A DNA stretch of 22,625 bases from a virus: the UHGV virus genome UHGV-0227363; one strand, 5' to 3'. Shown here one piece after another: positions 7,792-16,671 of the stretch. The notes beneath the pieces were generated by a model that was given only the letters and a program-made list of their open reading frames with translations, made no database searches and was not told the DNA's origin. Numbering within the stretch: position 1 is the first letter of the stretch; every line of letters begins with the position of its first letter. Both the position numbers and the translations under genes were made by a program.

Positions 7792-10349
7792 CGACCGCTC
7801 CCTGATAACAGACCGCCATCACGCAACTGCAGCCGGAGTTCATCCTGTGCCCCCTTGCGGGCCATGTCATACACCGCCTTCATCAGCTGCGACCCCGCCT
7901 GTCCGTTGATACCGTCGTTCTGAATCACCACGTGATTGTTCTGATTAAAATTAATACCTTCGGCCCGCCGCATCTGCGCCGGACTTCCGGCACCGCCGAC
8001 ATAACCACCTTCCGCATACCCGCGCATCAGACGATACAGGTTGCCGACACCAATCCGGCTGGTTGCCTCCTTCGTGAAGACAAATTCACCACGGTGAACA
8101 ATCCCCGCTGGCTCATATTTGCCGCCGGTTCCCGTAAATCCTCCGGTTGCAAAATGGAATTTCGCCGCAGCGGCCTGAATGGCTGTACCGCCTGACGCGG
8201 ATGCGCCGCCACCAACAGCCCCGCCAATAGCGCTGCCGATACTCCCGACAATCCCCACCATCGCCTGCTTCAGAAAAATCTCTGTCAGCATGGACAGCAC
8301 AGAACGGGTGAAACCACGCCAGTTCTGTTCGCTGCCGGTCAGCATCGCTGCCATATTCTGTGCAATACCGTCAAAGGTCTGCGTGGCTGCACTTTTTACC
8401 TGCGACATACTGTCCGTGGCACTCTCTTCCCACTCACTCCAGCCGGACCTGAGGCCTGCCATCCAGTTCCCGCGAAGCAGGTCTTCAGCCGCCCAGGTCT
8501 TTTTCTGCTCTGACATGACGTTATTCAGCGCCAGCGGATTATCGCCATACTGTTCCTTCAGGCGCTGTTCCGTGGCTTCCCGTTCTGCCTGCCGGTCAGT
8601 CAGCCCCCGGCTTTTCGCATCAATGGCGGCCCGTTTTGCCCGTTGCTGCTGTGCGAATTTATCCGCCTGCTGCGCCAGCGCGTTCAGGCGCTCCTGATAC
8701 GTAACCTTGTCGCCAAGTGCAGCCAGCTGGCGTTTGTACTCCAGCGTCTCATCTTTATGCGCCAGCAGGGATTTCTCCTGTGCAGACAGCTGGCGACGTT
8801 GCGCCGCCTCCTCCAGTACCGCGAACTGACTCTCCGCCTTCCACAAATCCCGGCGCTGCTGGCTGATTTTCTCATTTGCTCCGGCATGCTTCTCCAGCGT
8901 CCGGAGTTCTGCCTGAAGCGTCAGCAGGGCAGCATGAGCACTGTCTTCCTGACGATCGCCCGCAGACACCTTCACGCCGGACTGTTTCGGCTTTTTCAGC
9001 GTCGCTTCATAATCCTTTTTCGCCGCCGCCATCAGCGTGTTGTAATCCGCCTGCAGGATTTTCCCGTCTTTCAGTGCCTTGTTCAGTTCTTCCTGACGGG
9101 CGGTATATTTCTCCAGCGGCGTCTGCAGCCGTTCGTAAGCCTTCTGCGCCTCTTCGGTATATTTCAGCCGTGACGCTTCGGTATCGCTCTGCTGCTGCGC
9201 ATTTTTGTCCTGTTGACTCTGCTGCTCAGCCTTCTTTCGGGCGGCTTCAAGCGCAAGACGGGCCTTTTCACGATCATCCCAGTAACGCGCCCGCGCTTCA
9301 TCGTTAACAAAATAATCATCCTTGCGCAGATTCCAGATATCGTCCGCTTTCTTAAACGCGGCCTCTGCCTTAATCAGCATCTCCTGCGCGGTATCAGGAC
9401 GACCAATATCCAGCACCGCATCCCACATGGATTTGAATGCCCGTGCTGTCCTGTCTGCCCAGGTTTCCAGCGTGCCCATGTTCTCTTTCAAGCGTCGGGT
9501 CTGGTCATCAAACCCTTTCGTTGCGGCCTCGTTCGCCGCCTGCAATGCCCCGGCTTCATCGCCGGAACGCTGCAACTGAGCAACATACGCAATCTGCTCC
9601 GCCGTCACGTTATGGAACTGCTTCGCCATCGCAATCAGCCCCGACGTCGGGTCAGTGGTCAGTTTTCCGAAAGCCTCTGCAACCTTGTCCACCTCCACAC
9701 CGGATGCAGAAGCAAAACGCGCGACACTCTGGTTGATGGCATCAAACTGTTCACCACCACGCACACCGGCATTCACCAGGGCTGCCAGTGACTCACTCGC
9801 CTGGTTAAACGTCAGCCCTGCGGCCTGTCCGGCTCTGGAGAGCGTCAGCATGCGATCGGCAGTCAGTCCGGACTGATTACCGGAAAGAACCAGGGTTTTA
9901 TTAAACGCTGAAAGCGTGGAATCTCCCTGGTACCAGGCGTACACCAGCGCACCTGTCGCCACCGCCAGCGAGGTGACCCCGACCATCGGCAGGGTGATCG
10001 CACCGGCAAGCCCCCTGAACATGGGGATCATCCCGCCGAAGGAGTCCTTCACCTGACCGCCCTGTTGCAGCAGGATCAGCCAGGGATTCTGACCACCGGC
10101 AAGCTGCGTGGCGATATCCGTAAACTGTGCGGGCAGGGTTCGCATGGCCGCTTTATACTGCCCGACGGAAATCCCGGCTTTTTGTGCAGCCAGCGCCTGG
10201 CGGCTCAGGCCCTGTTCAACAGCACTGGCGGTTTTTCTGGCGTCGGTATCCAGACCTGAAAAATGACGCCTTACCCGGCTCATCTGCTCATCGAAACGGA
10301 CAGCATCCAGACTCAGGTCAATAACAAGATCACCAACCGGCTGGGACAT
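7788..10349 (-). CDS. H: tail tape measure protein H (853 aa)
   Basis: Same length as lambda gpH and closely similar over its length as recalled. Confidence 0.9.
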   Translation of the reverse strand: MSQPVGDLVIDLSLDAVRFDEQMSRVRRHFSGLDTDARKTASAVEQGLSRQALAAQKAGISVGQYKAAMRTLPAQFTDIATQLAGGQNPWLILLQQGGQVKDSFGGMIPMFRGLAGAITLPMVGVTSLAVATGALVYAWYQGDSTLSAFNKTLVLSGNQSGLTADRMLTLSRAGQAAGLTFNQASESLAALVNAGVRGGEQFDAINQSVARFASASGVEVDKVAEAFGKLTTDPTSGLIAMAKQFHNVTAEQIAYVAQLQRSGDEAGALQAANEAATKGFDDQTRRLKENMGTLETWADRTARAFKSMWDAVLDIGRPDTAQEMLIKAEAAFKKADDIWNLRKDDYFVNDEARARYWDDREKARLALEAARKKAEQQSQQDKNAQQQSDTEASRLKYTEEAQKAYERLQTPLEKYTARQEELNKALKDGKILQADYNTLMAAAKKDYEATLKKPKQSGVKVSAGDRQEDSAHAALLTLQAELRTLEKHAGANEKISQQRRDLWKAESQFAVLEEAAQRRQLSAQEKSLLAHKDETLEYKRQLAALGDKVTYQERLNALAQQADKFAQQQRAKRAAIDAKSRGLTDRQAEREATEQRLKEQYGDNPLALNNVMSEQKKTWAAEDLLRGNWMAGLRSGWSEWEESATDSMSQVKSAATQTFDGIAQNMAAMLTGSEQNWRGFTRSVLSMLTEIFLKQAMVGIVGSIGSAIGGAVGGGASASGGTAIQAAAAKFHFATGGFTGTGGKYEPAGIVHRGEFVFTKEATSRIGVGNLYRLMRGYAEGGYVGGAGSPAQMRRAEGINFNQNNHVVIQNDGINGQAGSQLMKAVYDMARKGAQDELRLQLRDGGLLSGSGR

Positions 10350-10794
10350 ATCTCACACCTCCCGGAATCCCCGCTGAAGCCATCATTAATGCGGCATCAT
10401 CCACCATGACATCCGCCACATCCACAGACGATAAAATATCGCGCCCTCCGTCCCCACCGAACCGGACGCCTCCGGCAAGTCCTGCCGCTTTCTGCATCAG
10501 CATTTTGTCCTCATCCGGCCTCTCCACCTGCTCTTCCTCATGCCGGGGGACAAGCAGACTGAAATCAGAGGGATGCATATCCGGATCGCAAAAAAACAGG
10601 CTGAGTACAGCGTACGTCAGCCCGGAAAAATGCATATCCAGCTGGGTATCCTGAAAATAATGCGTGCGGTAAAAACGGTGCCAGTCGGCATATTCGGTGG
10701 ATGTCATCCCGGCAAGCATGGCGCGCCAGTCGGGTCTCCCCATCTCACGCGCCAGTCTGAGGGCAAAGTTCAGCTCGCCGTCGAAGACTTTCCC
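10330..10794 (-). CDS. T: gpT portion, expressed as G-T fusion by -1 frameshift
   Basis: -1 frame open from slippery site; ...VFDGELNFALRLAREMGRPDWRAMLAGM... matches lambda T. Confidence 0.7.
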   Translation of the reverse strand, partial: GKVFDGELNFALRLAREMGRPDWRAMLAGMTSTEYADWHRFYRTHYFQDTQLDMHFSGLTYAVLSLFFCDPDMHPSDFSLLVPRHEEEQVERPDEDKMLMQKAAGLAGGVRFGGDGGRDILSSVDVADVMVDDAALMMASAGIPGGVRYVPAGW

Positions 10795-11201
10795 GCAGAA
10801 AAATCATCATCAGTCAGCGTGTTATTTTTCGCCACTTCAGTAATATCAGTATCCGGACGAACAGCTTCGATCATCCCGGACAGGCACAACACCACGTCTT
10901 CCGCCCGGGCAATGGCATCGGCAGGCCAGGTGGTGAGCACTTCCTGCTCTATCTTCATCACGGCCTCATTCATTGACGGTGACTGCGTTTTCTGTGGATG
11001 GTTATGCCACAGGGACATCGCCACCAGAAACGCGCCGGTTCTGACAAGATCTTCCACACTCACCTGCAGGTTGCCGCTGGCTTCAGCCTCTTCTGCCCGC
11101 CGTTTCAGGAGGGCAAGATGCTCAATACGCTGCAGCGCAGACAGCTCAGAAAGCGTGACGGATACACCGTTATATTCAAATTGTTCTGTTTTCAGGAACA
11201 T
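10770..11201 (-). CDS. G: tail assembly chaperone G
   Basis: 143 aa, MFLKTEQFEYNGVSVTLSELSALQRIEHLAL... resembles lambda gpG. Confidence 0.85.
   Translation of the reverse strand: MFLKTEQFEYNGVSVTLSELSALQRIEHLALLKRRAEEAEASGNLQVSVEDLVRTGAFLVAMSLWHNHPQKTQSPSMNEAVMKIEQEVLTTWPADAIARAEDVVLCLSGMIEAVRPDTDITEVAKNNTLTDDDFSAGKSSTAS
10788..10794 (-). promoter_or_regulatory. -1 frameshift slippery heptamer G_GGA_AAG
   Basis: + strand ctttccc 10788-10794 is gggaaag on the - strand, in the zero frame of G near its 3' end. Confidence 0.7.
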
Positions 11202-11219
11202 CGCTTATCTCTCAGCTCT

Positions 11220-11966
11220 TTAGCCACCCGGCACATTATTAACGGTAATTTCAGCCACCGCAGCAAACTGACCATTACCGGAAATCACAGGGATGCTGAC
11301 TTTTCCATCCTTAACCCCCGCCACAGTAATCGTCATATCTTTCACGCTAATGGTGGCTTTTGATGGATCGGCGGAAATCGCCCTGAATGTCTTATCCGTT
11401 GCATTTTCCGGTTCCACAGTAACGGTCAGGGTGGTTGTTTTCCCTTTTTCAACCGTACCTGTCGGCGTCACCTTAATCGCAGTGACCGGCGTAATTTTGC
11501 TGCGTTCTTCCGCTACAGAAGGTTTACCCACGTTAGTGACTTTCACCGTGCGGGTGATCACTTCTTTCGCCGTCACGGCCTTACCGATACTGCTGACCCA
11601 GCCACGAAACACATCCACCGTGCCATTCGGAAAACGGATTTTATAGGCCCGGACATCGCCGCTTTCAAACCAGCCTATAAGCCCTTTCTGGCCTTCCTCT
11701 CCCGGTTTCCAGGCCAGCGTAAAACTGGTATCACCTGCAGATTTCTGTCCCTGCCCGGTCGCGGTCCAGTCCGCGTCTTCATCATCCAGGTAGTTATCAT
11801 CGTAGGGTTCAGCCGTCATCTCGCCCGGCGTCAGATCCTTCACCTTAGCCAGTCGCTGCCAGCCATCGTCTGACAACGGGTTTGCATAAGCATCAGCCTT
11901 GCCGTTGTAAACCCACAGAGTGGTACCGGCACCTTTTACCGGCTCAAGGGGATTTGGTGTTGCCAT
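11220..11966 (-). CDS. V: major tail protein V with C-terminal Ig-like domain
   Basis: 248 aa, resembles lambda gpV. Confidence 0.85.
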   Translation of the reverse strand: MATPNPLEPVKGAGTTLWVYNGKADAYANPLSDDGWQRLAKVKDLTPGEMTAEPYDDNYLDDEDADWTATGQGQKSAGDTSFTLAWKPGEEGQKGLIGWFESGDVRAYKIRFPNGTVDVFRGWVSSIGKAVTAKEVITRTVKVTNVGKPSVAEERSKITPVTAIKVTPTGTVEKGKTTTLTVTVEPENATDKTFRAISADPSKATISVKDMTITVAGVKDGKVSIPVISGNGQFAAVAEITVNNVPGG

Positions 11967-11973
11967 ATCGTCC

Positions 11974-12369
11974 TCACATCTCGTATGTAATGGAATAAGT
12001 CAGATCTGCAGAACTCCATAACGCCATATCGTCATCACGACGATACTCATAGCCCTGCGTAACCATCGTGGTAATCAGTCCTGCCAGTGCCGGGATCGCG
12101 GTCATCGCCGGGTAAATCCGGCTTTCCATCCACTGATCAAGCTCTGAATCCGGTACCTGTGCCGGTAAAAACACCTCAATATGCAGCGTGGCCCGCCAGG
12201 TATCTGCATCCAGCTCTTCACCGGTATACTCTGCATCCGTCAGATAAACCGCGATCGCAGGAAAATCCTCTTCGTCAAAAACAACGGGGCGACCATCAAA
12301 CAGCGTCGCCCCGTGTTCATGCTGCTCGAGTGCATCCAGCACTGCGGCACGAATGTCAGTGTGTTTCAT
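11974..12369 (-). CDS. U: tail terminator protein U
   Basis: 131 aa, [15 protein letters not shown]... resembles lambda gpU. Confidence 0.85.
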   Translation of the reverse strand: MKHTDIRAAVLDALEQHEHGATLFDGRPVVFDEEDFPAIAVYLTDAEYTGEELDADTWRATLHIEVFLPAQVPDSELDQWMESRIYPAMTAIPALAGLITTMVTQGYEYRRDDDMALWSSADLTYSITYEM

Positions 12370-12899
12370 CGTTTTATCGCAATCCTCAGTTGTTGTTTCA
12401 GCGCGGATGCCAGTTCTCCGGGCAGGCGTTCACGCCGGATACGGTCAACATTCTCATCAAACGCCTGTTTCAGTGGGGCCGCCATCGGGATTTTCACCAC
12501 ATCAATAGGGTAACGGTTTTTCCCGGCCACACGCTGCATGACATGCCAGCGACCGTTTTTTAATCGCTGAATGAATGCCCGCTGATACCGATGCTGACCG
12601 GCTTTAAGTATGCTGTTCGGACGACGGCCCAGCATCCTGATCCCCAGCTTAATCACTGGAAGATCACCGCGGTTAACGATAATTTTTGCGTTCGGATTTC
12701 TGACCGTCGCCCGTTTCAGTCTGGACCGTTCCTTTACCAGTTTCCGGCGTACCTTTGTCTCCCGGGCAACCTGTGATGAAGACTGATTAATCGCCGTTGT
12801 GGCCACGCGGTTAATGGCCATTGCTGAAGCCGCCGGAATGGCGTTTTTACGAACCCGGCTCAGATTATCAATCGCCTGATCAAGCCCTTTTATCGCCAT
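12366..12899 (-). CDS. Z: tail completion protein Z
   Basis: 177 aa, MAIKGLDQAIDNLSR... resembles lambda gpZ; ATGA overlap with U. Confidence 0.8.
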   Translation of the reverse strand: MAIKGLDQAIDNLSRVRKNAIPAASAMAINRVATTAINQSSSQVARETKVRRKLVKERSRLKRATVRNPNAKIIVNRGDLPVIKLGIRMLGRRPNSILKAGQHRYQRAFIQRLKNGRWHVMQRVAGKNRYPIDVVKIPMAAPLKQAFDENVDRIRRERLPGELASALKQQLRIAIKR

Positions 12900-12914
12900 A
12901 ATTTCACCCTGCGT

Positions 12915-13268
12915 TTATCGTCGCCGGTTAACAGCGGGTGGTTGCCCACGGTTGAGCCAGAGATAACAGCTTCCCCCGTCATCCGGAGAAACACGATCCA
13001 CCCAGAACATCTCGCCGTTAATGGTCAGCGTGTCACCACGCCGCACGGCACGCACCGTATCCGTCCGCACAAATAATGACGGGCTGCTTCCTTCAATACG
13101 GACCCCGCCACCGGCAAAACCCAGCGACTCCGGATCGTCAAAAACCCCCTGAACTTCGCCGCCACGTTGTGCTCCGGAGGTGAACTGCGCACGGATCCCC
13201 ATCACTTCAACAATCGTGCTGTCCACCCCGGCAAGGGCAGCATCAAAGGCATTCTGAAAATCACGCAT
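12915..13268 (-). CDS. FII: head-tail joining protein FII
   Basis: 117 aa, ...VDRVSPDDGGSCYLWL..PPAVNRRR resembles lambda gpFII. Confidence 0.8.
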   Translation of the reverse strand: MRDFQNAFDAALAGVDSTIVEVMGIRAQFTSGAQRGGEVQGVFDDPESLGFAGGGVRIEGSSPSLFVRTDTVRAVRRGDTLTINGEMFWVDRVSPDDGGSCYLWLNRGQPPAVNRRR

Positions 13269-13644
13269 GCTCAGCCGTTCCGTGCTGTATCATGGCTGTC
13301 GCCAGTGGTGATGGCACCATAACACGCATGCCCCGGTACGTCAGTTCAACGGGACGGCCTGTCTCCGGGCAATACCCCATCACATGCAGGCATTTCCGCA
13401 CACGGACCGCTTTAACATCATCCGTAGCATCAGTGTTGTGCAACTGCTCACCATCGTCTGTGTGATTTTGATCAGCCCCGCTCTCATCAGAGTGCATAAT
13501 GCCCTCCGGGGAAACAGCAAGCTCCTCTTCCCACTCAGACACACGTTGAGCAATATCCGCAGCACTCCCCGACATATCCGCCTCGCGCCCCAGCAGGCCA
13601 GCCAGTTGACGAAGACGATTCAGATTTTCTTCTTTTGTTGCCAT
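13261..13644 (-). CDS. FI: DNA packaging protein FI
   Basis: Start placed at MATKEENL (ATG 13644) preceded by AGGAGG; upstream in-frame Met at 13692 rejected. Confidence 0.65.
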   Translation of the reverse strand: MATKEENLNRLRQLAGLLGREADMSGSAADIAQRVSEWEEELAVSPEGIMHSDESGADQNHTDDGEQLHNTDATDDVKAVRVRKCLHVMGYCPETGRPVELTYRGMRVMVPSPLATAMIQHGTAEHA

Positions 13645-13658
13645 CTCAGCCTCCTGTG

Positions 13659-13686
13659 AAAAAAGACACGGGGGCATTTCGCCCCC
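13659..13686 (-). terminator. intrinsic-terminator-like hairpin (gggggc-gaaat-gccccc, then T6 on - strand) just downstream of major capsid gene
   Basis: Inverted repeat 13670-13686; - strand T run corresponds to + aaaaaa 13659-13665. Confidence 0.45.
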
Positions 13687-13695
13687 GCTCACGGA

Positions 13696-14724
13696 TTATT
13701 TCACCTGTACCACCACAAACTCATCCGGATCCGGCAGCACCATCAGCGGTGCGGACTGCGTCATGGTGAATTCACGGGCCGGATCGCCCACGGTCAGCCA
13801 GTGTTTCGGATAACGGGAAGAGGCCACCACACCTTCGGACAACGCCTGCGCATCCTGAATGGCACCATAGCAACGAATGCCCTCTGCTGCCGTATTCCCC
13901 AGGACCAGTGTGCCCTCCGGCAGATAACGTTTTTCGGTACCGTCCTCTGCCACATAAGACGTTTTCGCCACCACAATGGCCAGATCGCCGTAATACCCCT
14001 TGAAGGACACCACCGCCCCCAGGTCTTTCACTGCCGTTTCGAGTTGTGAATTTGAGCCGCGACGGGTATCCAGTTTTTCGCGGAACAGCTTAAAGCCATT
14101 CAGCAGACGCCAGACCGTACCGTCCATAATGGCGATATTCACAAGGCCGCTGGCCTGATCGCAGTAGAGGTCAATATCATGCGTCGGATCAAACGTATCA
14201 CGGTCCTGCTCAGACCATTTTTTACCGTCAGCCTGCTCAATGTTATTTCCTTCAGAGCGCCCGAAATCCACCTCGACAGTATCAAACTGATCCCCTTCCA
14301 TGGTGTATTTGCCATACAGCACGGCATTCACCGCCTGCATTTCTTCCACCTGGACAATGGCGTGCTCTTCCTGTTTGAGGTTATCGGTAATGATACGCAG
14401 ACGACGGTAGGCCGGGTCGTTCAGCTGAGCCGGATCTTCACCAGGAAGGCGCTCAACCGCCTGCTGGTAATTAAATTCGTGTTTGGGCTTGACGTAGCCC
14501 GGACGTAACACGCGGGTTTCACCACCGCGATGGCGAAGCACTTTTCCTTCAACGATCGGGGAGACATAGGCCGCCACCGGCGTTTTTCCGGTAATTTTGT
14601 CCAGCATCACCTCTTCGGTGTGGAAATTCACCGTACGGCGGAAAAACAGCTCCAGAAACAGCGCACGGAATTTCACTTTTTGTTCGGTATAACCGAGTAA
14701 CTGGCGGGTCGTAAACAATCCCAT
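13696..14724 (-). CDS. E: major capsid protein E
   Basis: 342 aa, resembles lambda gpE. Confidence 0.9.
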   Translation of the reverse strand: MGLFTTRQLLGYTEQKVKFRALFLELFFRRTVNFHTEEVMLDKITGKTPVAAYVSPIVEGKVLRHRGGETRVLRPGYVKPKHEFNYQQAVERLPGEDPAQLNDPAYRRLRIITDNLKQEEHAIVQVEEMQAVNAVLYGKYTMEGDQFDTVEVDFGRSEGNNIEQADGKKWSEQDRDTFDPTHDIDLYCDQASGLVNIAIMDGTVWRLLNGFKLFREKLDTRRGSNSQLETAVKDLGAVVSFKGYYGDLAIVVAKTSYVAEDGTEKRYLPEGTLVLGNTAAEGIRCYGAIQDAQALSEGVVASSRYPKHWLTVGDPAREFTMTQSAPLMVLPDPDEFVVVQVK

Positions 14725-14781
14725 AAATCAGTTCCTTTCATTAAGAAATCAGTCAGGCCAACGCGGTGGCCTGATAACGTG

Positions 14782-15129
14782 TTACGGCAGCGCCGCGTGA
14801 CTCAGGGCACTGCCGGTAAAGGCGTTGGCCTTTTTGTGTTCATCCACACTTTCAGGCCAGCGGATTGCCTCCGTCGCAAAGGTCCCCGACTTGTAATACG
14901 TCAGCACCGCCTCTGTGCCTTCAAGCGGCAGTACCAGTATGCCAACCGCACTACCGGCTTTCTGTCCGTCCCAGACCACCAGTTTCCCGGTGGCCCCATC
15001 CAGCATCAGGGGTGTCAGTGCCGGTGTTGCCGAGGAAATCCCGCTGCTGCCTGTGGCGGTGTGAGCCGGATCATTACCGGCAAAAATACGTACTTCCGCA
15101 CGCTGTTCAGTGATGGTTTTCGTCACCAT
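14782..15129 (-). CDS. D: head decoration protein D
   Basis: 115 aa, ..DPAHTAT...TPLMLD...YKSGTF.. resembles lambda gpD. Confidence 0.85.
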   Translation of the reverse strand: MVTKTITEQRAEVRIFAGNDPAHTATGSSGISSATPALTPLMLDGATGKLVVWDGQKAGSAVGILVLPLEGTEAVLTYYKSGTFATEAIRWPESVDEHKKANAFTGSALSHAALP

Positions 15130-15165
15130 ATTGTTAAAACCTCGTATTGATGTTCAGCACTGACT

Positions 15166-15768
15166 TCATGGCATGGCCATGAGCATTTTCACGTCCGCAT
15201 CACCGTCTTCTGACGCCTGTGACACGCCCCCCTGGACCGCAGCCGGTGAATGGTTCGCCATGAAATGTTCAAACAGGGCGGTTGTGGATGCAGAGACCGG
15301 TTCTGCCTTACCTGATCCCGCAGCCAGCACAGCCCGGGCGCTCTCCACAGTCATTCCCGGGCAGGCAGCCAGCTGTTCAGCCTGCGCCTCAGCCCCTTTT
15401 GCCTCATCCAGTGCCATGATCTGATCACGAAGTGAGGGCCCGGCATTCGCCTGCGGTGAAGCAGCCAGGATCGGGCGGGCTTTTTCCACCGTCCTCTCCG
15501 GCATCGCCGCCAGCGTTGCTGCCAGTTGTTCACGACCGTTCGCTTCTTCACACGCCATAATGCGATCGGCTTCACTCTGTGCGGATGCCACCGGCTGCTG
15601 CGGTGCCGCCGCGGCCAGAATCGCCCGGGCCTGTTCAACGCTCATGCCCTGTTGCCCTGCCAGCATCGTGGCAAGCTGTTCACGTCCTTTCGCTTCCTGG
15701 CATGTCAGGATCCCCATCACTCGCTGGTTCTCCTGCACGGCGGCTTCCGTTGCAGTTAATTGCGGCAT
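15166..15768 (-). CDS. nested in-frame scaffolding protein (Nu3-like), internal start within C
   Basis: Internal ATG (codon 302 of C) preceded by AGAGGAGG 5 nt upstream on the - strand; lambda expresses Nu3 this way. Confidence 0.5.
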   Translation of the reverse strand: MPQLTATEAAVQENQRVMGILTCQEAKGREQLATMLAGQQGMSVEQARAILAAAAPQQPVASAQSEADRIMACEEANGREQLAATLAAMPERTVEKARPILAASPQANAGPSLRDQIMALDEAKGAEAQAEQLAACPGMTVESARAVLAAGSGKAEPVSASTTALFEHFMANHSPAAVQGGVSQASEDGDADVKMLMAMP

Positions 15769-16671
15769 AGTGCCTCCTCTGACATTACTGTTCAGCGCCG
15801 TGGCCATCACACTGATGGCATCCGACGCATTGATTAATTCATCCGCCAGCCCGGCCTCAATGCCGGACTGACCTTCAAAAACGGCAGCCTCTGTTCCCGT
15901 GACGGCATCAACAGACAGACCGGTATACATCGCCACTTTTTCGGCAAACATCCGGCGCGCCGCATCAATCCGCTGCTGCATGTCCTGGCGAACCTCTGCC
16001 GGCAACGCTTCAAACTGATTGCCATCCACCTTGTGCGCCCCGGCATAAATCAGCGTGATATCCACACCGGCCTGCGCCAGATGACCGGCATAGCTGACAT
16101 GGCTCATCATCACGCCAATGGAGCCGATACGGGATGTCTGGGTAACCAGCCGTCGGGAGCAGGCCGACGCCAGCAGCATGGCTGCAGAACAGGCCGTGTC
16201 ATTGCACAGTGCCCAGACCGGCTTCTGCTGCCGGAGGCGGTAAATCATGTCAACGCAGTCAAACGCGCCGGCGGCCTGCCCGCCCGGACTGTCAATGTCC
16301 AGCAGTATGCCCCGCACCTGGCTATCTGCCATTGCCTGCTGAAGACAGGCGACAATGCCGTCATAGCCAGTCATTCCGGAAAATGGCCGCATCCCCCCCA
16401 GCCGGTGCACCAGCGTGCCGGTCACCGGCAGTACCGCAATACCGTTCACCACCCGGTAAACACGGGCCGGTCGTTTACCTCCGGCCATGTACTCGTCCGT
16501 TTCAGCCAGCATCCCGGGAGCATCAAGCTGTACCTGCTGTTGCGGTACCGAAAGACTTGCTGCCCCCATCTCGCGCCCGAGCGCGCAAAAGAAAACCCGC
16601 GCATAGGCGGGCTCCAGAAGCAGCGGTTCATTGAATGCTGCTGCAATAATGTGTGAAAGATTACGTCTCAC
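15166..16671 (-). CDS. C: prohead protease / minor capsid protein C (S49 ClpP-like)
   Basis: 501 aa, N-terminus resembles lambda gpC; C-terminal third carries three ~40-aa tandem repeats. Confidence 0.85.
   Translation of the reverse strand: MRRNLSHIIAAAFNEPLLLEPAYARVFFCALGREMGAASLSVPQQQVQLDAPGMLAETDEYMAGGKRPARVYRVVNGIAVLPVTGTLVHRLGGMRPFSGMTGYDGIVACLQQAMADSQVRGILLDIDSPGGQAAGAFDCVDMIYRLRQQKPVWALCNDTACSAAMLLASACSRRLVTQTSRIGSIGVMMSHVSYAGHLAQAGVDITLIYAGAHKVDGNQFEALPAEVRQDMQQRIDAARRMFAEKVAMYTGLSVDAVTGTEAAVFEGQSGIEAGLADELINASDAISVMATALNSNVRGGTMPQLTATEAAVQENQRVMGILTCQEAKGREQLATMLAGQQGMSVEQARAILAAAAPQQPVASAQSEADRIMACEEANGREQLAATLAAMPERTVEKARPILAASPQANAGPSLRDQIMALDEAKGAEAQAEQLAACPGMTVESARAVLAAGSGKAEPVSASTTALFEHFMANHSPAAVQGGVSQASEDGDADVKMLMAMP

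Noticed and set aside
7932-10324. + strand ORFs (for example 8179..8697, 8643..9173, 9213..9791) inside the - strand H gene
   Set aside because: Antisense to a gene with a strong lambda gpH match; low-complexity translations.
13645-13692. ORF-track start for FI at 13692 and for A at 20410
   Set aside because: Internal ATGs (13644 for FI, 20368 for A) carry Shine-Dalgarno motifs and match lambda N-termini; the long FI start would overlap the terminator hairpin and the E stop.
15298-15720. Tandem repeats in C as a possible CRISPR array or DNA satellite
   Set aside because: These are in-frame protein repeats of about 120 bp, diverged at DNA level, with no repeat-spacer periodicity; typical of the C/Nu3 scaffold domain.
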